Shown one piece after another: positions 59,983-64,000 of a stretch of 64,000 nt of DNA (the stretch's first letter is position 1; each line of letters opens with the position of its first letter). The notes beneath the pieces were generated by a model. It was not told the DNA's origin, did not search any database, and saw nothing but the letters and a program-made list of their open reading frames with translations. The DNA comes from an uncultured bacterium (lineage in GTDB: Bacteria; Acidobacteriota; HRBIN11; JAKEFK01). The translations under genes were made by a program, and so were the position numbers. Location of the stretch: positions 256,001-320,000 of the forward strand of contig CAVZQN010000004.1 in assembly GCA_963777505.1 (NCBI GenBank), given 5' to 3'.

Positions 59983-61083
59983 TCGAACAGAACAACAACT
60001 TTCGATGCAGGGAATTCATCTTTTCGCTGAGATTTCGTTGAGTTCTTCCAGGGTTCTTCACCGAATTTATCAAGCGTGGTGTAGGAGCCGATCACAGTGA
60101 AGCTCTTCAATGCATATGGAACGCCTTCGGCTAGTGGTGAGTTGCGATCGGCCACATGAAAATGCAGATGAGGGCCGGTAGAGTCTCCGGTGAATCCGAG
60201 CGACGCAATCACCTGTCCGCTTTGAACAGTGTCACCAGGTTTAACTCGAATGGATCCTGGCTTGAGATGTTCATAAAACGCAAAGTAACCATTACCGAGA
60301 TCCAGTGCGATGTAGTTGCCGGTAGCATCTTCCAACTTTTGCTTCGAGTGGGCAGAAACGGTGGCGCTTTCTTTCATATTGTCACGTGTTGCAGCGACGC
60401 GAGCGTTAGCAACCGCTAACACATCGGCGCCATAACCGTGCCAGTTGCTCACTTGATCGTTGTCGTTGACTGCGAAGCGGCCTTGTTGATCCAGCTTGAT
60501 GAAGTCAATTGCAAATCGGCCAGGGAGGCGCGCCTTGCCATCTACAGCATAAAAAACGCGGCGATGTCCACGCTCCCATGAAGGATCATAAATTGCAGCC
60601 CACGGACCATCTGCTAACGGAGGATTCAGAATTAATGGCGGATTCTTTTGCAATGAAATCTGAGCGCCTTCAACAACATTGGATTCAGAGCTCTTCAAAT
60701 CTTCATACTGGATTCGATGTTTTATTGCCATTTGTGTTTGCGGTAATTTCAAGTTCCAGGTAGACAACGGCTCGCATCGCTGGATGAATCGTACGTTTGT
60801 CTGCCGCGGTCAATCCAATCCGTCCGGACAGCGCATCGTCGCATACGGTCGTCAGATTTGCTTCCGTTGATGCGTCAAACACCGACACACACTTCAACGT
60901 CAACGCGTCTTTAGCAAAATTTGTAAGATGCAGTTCGTATACAAGTATCGGTTTTCCATTAATAACAATTGGTCTTGGTTCTTGAAACACCTGCAAATCA
61001 AATGATGATTTTAGCGGCGTATCCGCCAGTGAATCATTCATTAATGCGCCAGTGAACAACAGAATAGTGATAATCAAAAGCAT
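59979..61083 (-). CDS. Secreted M23 family peptidase; frameshifted near 60765
   Basis: AIDF, GNYI, YEHL, GFTGDSTGPHLHF; N-terminal part (LVYELHLTN) in ORF 60703-61083. Confidence 0.82.
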
Positions 61084-61185
61084 GATGTTCTCGCGACTCT
61101 ATGTTGAACCATTTTCTTTTTCTGATCAAACCAGTTGTCTTGAAAGGGAATTTGCATAGACTGAAATGGAGAATTGGAGGTCAGA

Positions 61186-61593
61186 ATGAAGATAGTCAAG
61201 GTGTTATTTCCCGTTATTGTCATTGCCGGAATTTGTTATCAACTGTTTGCTGTGCCCACACCGGTGCAAACGCAAACAATGAAACCTGCAATCGCAAGGA
61301 TATGGCAAGGCCGAGTATCTGTGGCAAAAGCTGATGCATACGAAAAATATGTAAAGGAAAACGGTGTGGAAAAAATGACTTCAGCTGCGGGTAATATGGG
61401 AATTCAGATCCTTCGACGCCCAACACCAGAGGCAGTTGAATTTGTCATCATTTCTTACTGGGGATCGCGAGACGCGATTAAAAAAGTTGTAGGAGAGGAT
61501 ATTGAAAAAGCCTATTCTCTTCCACGCGATTCCGAATTTCTGCTAGAACCCGTTACAACCGTCCGTCATTATCAGATTGCACACAGTCAGTAG
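61186..61593 (+). CDS. ABM-monooxygenase-like dimeric alpha/beta barrel protein with N-terminal hydrophobic leader
   Basis: IARIWQG...GNMG...ISYWGS...GEDIEKA...VRHY. Confidence 0.75.
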   Translation: MKIVKVLFPVIVIAGICYQLFAVPTPVQTQTMKPAIARIWQGRVSVAKADAYEKYVKENGVEKMTSAAGNMGIQILRRPTPEAVEFVIISYWGSRDAIKKVVGEDIEKAYSLPRDSEFLLEPVTTVRHYQIAHSQ

Positions 61594-61746
61594 TAAAAAG
61601 AGAATGAGGATAGAGGATTGAGAATGGATATCAGGAAAACGCTATGATCAATTCTCAATCCTCTATCTTCAAGCCTCTTTCCTCCACCTATACAGGTGGT
61701 GACGATTGATTGAATGTCATCTATAGTTGTTGAAACGGAGGAAAGT

Positions 61747-62221
61747 ATGCGCGAGAAAATTGTGTTTGGGTTATGTATTCTGATGAGTTTGGGGATTGCA
61801 ATCATGGGTAAGTGCTTCGTCTTTGCCAGCGGATGGCGGAGACGCAGGAAAAGCGTACAAAGCTTGTATCGATGCCGTAGCAAAACCGGATAAGGCGAAA
61901 ACGATAGCGCTCTGTTTCACAAAAGACGATCCATGGCTTAAAGGGAAAAATCTAGGCTACTTTACGGATAGTACTTTTCAGGTTGAAGTTCGTCAGGAAT
62001 GGCCGGCGCTTCGTTTAGTTGATGCTAAAATTTCCGGAGGGAAAATGGAAGGAGACACGGCTGACCTTCTTGTCGAAGGCACGATGATCCTTCAACGGCT
62101 GGAGCCCACAGACGAAATCGTTGAAGTGGATCGCTCTAAAGTAAAAGGCAGCGTTAAGATGCGCCGCACCAACGGAGTCTGGACTTACGCCGGTGAACAA
62201 AAACTGGAAAAGGTGCAGTGA
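61747..62221 (+). CDS. Hypothetical secreted protein; apparent frameshift near 61800-61830
   Basis: GGAGG RBS and signal-like start at 61747 are in a different frame from ORF 61796-62221. Confidence 0.5.
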
Positions 62222-62231
62222 ACGTAAGAGT

Positions 62232-62408
62232 TTATTCGACGATTTGTTTCACACGTCCGACTTGTCCATCTTCCAGGCGAACTTTGATGCCGTGCGGATG
62301 ATTTGGTGAACGCGTTAGAATGTCTTTGACAACTCCTTTAGTCAATTTACCTGTGCGCTGATCTTGTTTTAAAACGATCAATACTACGTCGCCTGGTTTT
62401 ATGGTCAT
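62232..62408 (-). CDS. YwbE (DUF2196) family protein, absent from the ORF track
   Basis: Manual translation MTIKPGDVVLIVLKQDQRTGKLTKGVVKDILTRSPNHPHGIKVRLEDGQVGRVKQIVE*. Confidence 0.88.
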   Translation of the reverse strand: MTIKPGDVVLIVLKQDQRTGKLTKGVVKDILTRSPNHPHGIKVRLEDGQVGRVKQIVE

Positions 62409-62466
62409 TCGATTTTATCCGTTCCAAGATTCCGTTAAGTAATAATTTTGGTATCTGAGAAATTAA

Positions 62467-62492
62467 AAGGCGAGCTGTTTAAAGCTCGCCTT
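62467..62492 (-). terminator. Intrinsic terminator downstream of the tRNA pair
   Basis: aaggcgagct/agctcgcctt stem followed by a T-tract on the minus strand. Confidence 0.7.
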
Positions 62493-62503
62493 CAATATAG
62501 AAA

Positions 62504-62577
<74 letters not shown>

Positions 62578-62669
62578 GTAAAATTGAGATTGAAGATCAG
62601 ATGATAGATTTCAGATTGAATTTTCGCAATTTATTCTGAATTTTCAAATCTGAAATCTTAAATTCTTAA

Positions 62670-62741
62670 TGGGCGGTATAGGATTTGAACCTATGGCCCC
62701 TGCCTTGTAAGGGCAGTGCTCTCCCGCTGAGCTAACCGCCC
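62670..62741 (-). tRNA. tRNA-Val(TAC), CCA not encoded
   Basis: GGGCGGTTAGCTCAGCGGGAGAGCACTGCCCTTACAAGGCAGGGGCCATAGGTTCAAATCCTATACCGCCCA folds as a cloverleaf. Confidence 0.96.
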
Positions 62742-62807
62742 GAAGCCTTTGAATTATATGGGAATTCATCCGCGGTTTCCAGTAGCCGGCGATTGGCCTA
62801 CAGAGCC

Positions 62808-64000
62808 CTAGTCTTTTTTCAAGGGTTTCAGATAAAGATCCTGGAAATCTGAAACTAAAATCCGTCTCGTCAGACACGGCTTTCATCAATACATGATCAA
62901 TCGAACCATCGGGGTTTAGCGAAAAAGTAACGAAAGCGTCCGCACGCAATTCTCGATCATGCCAACGTGCTACGAATGAATCGTATTGCCAGTGTTCTAG
63001 ATCGCCAATCAGAGAAGGGGTCTGCACGAATTTGATCGACATTTTTTCTGCTTCAACAGCGATAACAATTTCACCGTACCATTCATCAACGTAGGTCCCT
63101 GCGTATTTGTCCAAAGGCACGACGGGCGTGATGCCTCATTTCGCTCTGCCGTTTGAGTGCCGGTTTTTTCCTTATTCTTTTGAGCTTCTCTATCCGCAAT
63201 TTTCTTGTAAGTATCAACCCAATCGGTCGGTGGTGCTTTTAGATAATCATCTAAAATCGAATAGATGATCGACTGATATGCAACACTTGATTCCTGATTG
63301 GTCAACACTGCTATGCCCAGAGAAAGATCAGGAACAAGTAAAACACGTGAAGCATATCCTGGCAGTAACCCGGAGTGGGTGATAATTTTGTGACCGCGGT
63401 AATCACGCAAGCCTAATCCCAACGCGTATCCTGAAAAATTAGGTTTCAATGCAGCAAGCTCGGGTTCCGGATCGGATATTGCAATCGGCGTCACAAACTT
63501 AACTAACTCTTGCGCTGTTTGTTCCGTATACAGTCGTGATTCATCTGATAATTTTCCTTCTGAAAGCAAAACGATCATCCACTTGGCCATATCTTCTGCA
63601 TTTGAATTGATGCCACCTGCAGGATTTGTTATATCGCTGAGAAATGGTTGAATCGGACGCACAACACCATCAACACGAGCGTGAGTTGTTGCAGCATTCT
63701 CTCCGAGTCCTGCGGAAGAATGGGTAACAGTGCTGTTAATCATGCCAACCTTTCGAATGATTCTTTCGGTTACAAATTCTTCCCATGTCTTTCCGCTAAC
63801 GGCCTCAATCACTTCACCTGCGACCGAATACAGAACGTTATCGTATGCATATGCACTTCGAAAACTTGTTGCCGGTGGAATAAACCGGATTCGGTGGACG
63901 ATTTCTTTTCGGTTATATGTAGAAGGAGGCCACCATAATAAATCGCCAGCACCAAGTCCTAATCCACTGCGATGAACCAGCAGATCCCGCACAGTCAACT
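62808..64000 (-). CDS. Beta-lactamase-family serine hydrolase with DUF3471-like C-terminus (5' truncated; frameshifts near 63120 and 62850)
   Basis: TVRDLLVHRSGL, YAYDN, PAGGINS, HSG; then YAGTY.D.WYG, LEHWQYDSF and DFQDL in shifted frames. Confidence 0.85.

Noticed and set aside
62644-62807. ORF extension reading through tRNA-Val
   Set aside because: Results from the frameshift near 62850; the real frame stops at 62808

Overview
Gene-dense bacterial chromosomal segment, most likely from an Acidobacteriota genome (inferred from a GWxTD protein, tandem TPR-fused sulfatase-like genes and PadR+ADOP permeases). Single-base frameshifts cluster at both ends (<2.3 kb and >58 kb) and look like sequencing errors. 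Ordinary content includes a CpxP-like/two-component locus, ppa, hemE-hemH-hemG(Y), dut, metal exporters, ABC permeases, secreted proteases, tRNA-Val/tRNA-Asp and many REP-like palindromes. The standout is a compact 10-gene operon at 39238-47701 behind a candidate sigma54 promoter. It encodes a dedicated type II fatty-acid synthase set, a cryptic 298-aa acyl carrier protein with a long helical extension, a PPTase, a thioester-reductase-type SDR, a ferritin-like protein with the full ligand set and near-identical spacing of cyanobacterial aldehyde-deformylating oxygenase (ADO), and a second ADO-like paralog lacking in-register ExxH ligands. This is a candidate non-cyanobacterial alkane/alkene (or modified-lipid) pathway. 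Other oddities: a LysW homolog ending in Gln, a 67-bp duplicated gene end flanking a 3-kb segment, an IMPase/ADP-ribosylglycohydrolase fusion and a REP palindrome inside a coding sequence. All family calls come from motif recognition by eye; no database searches were run.
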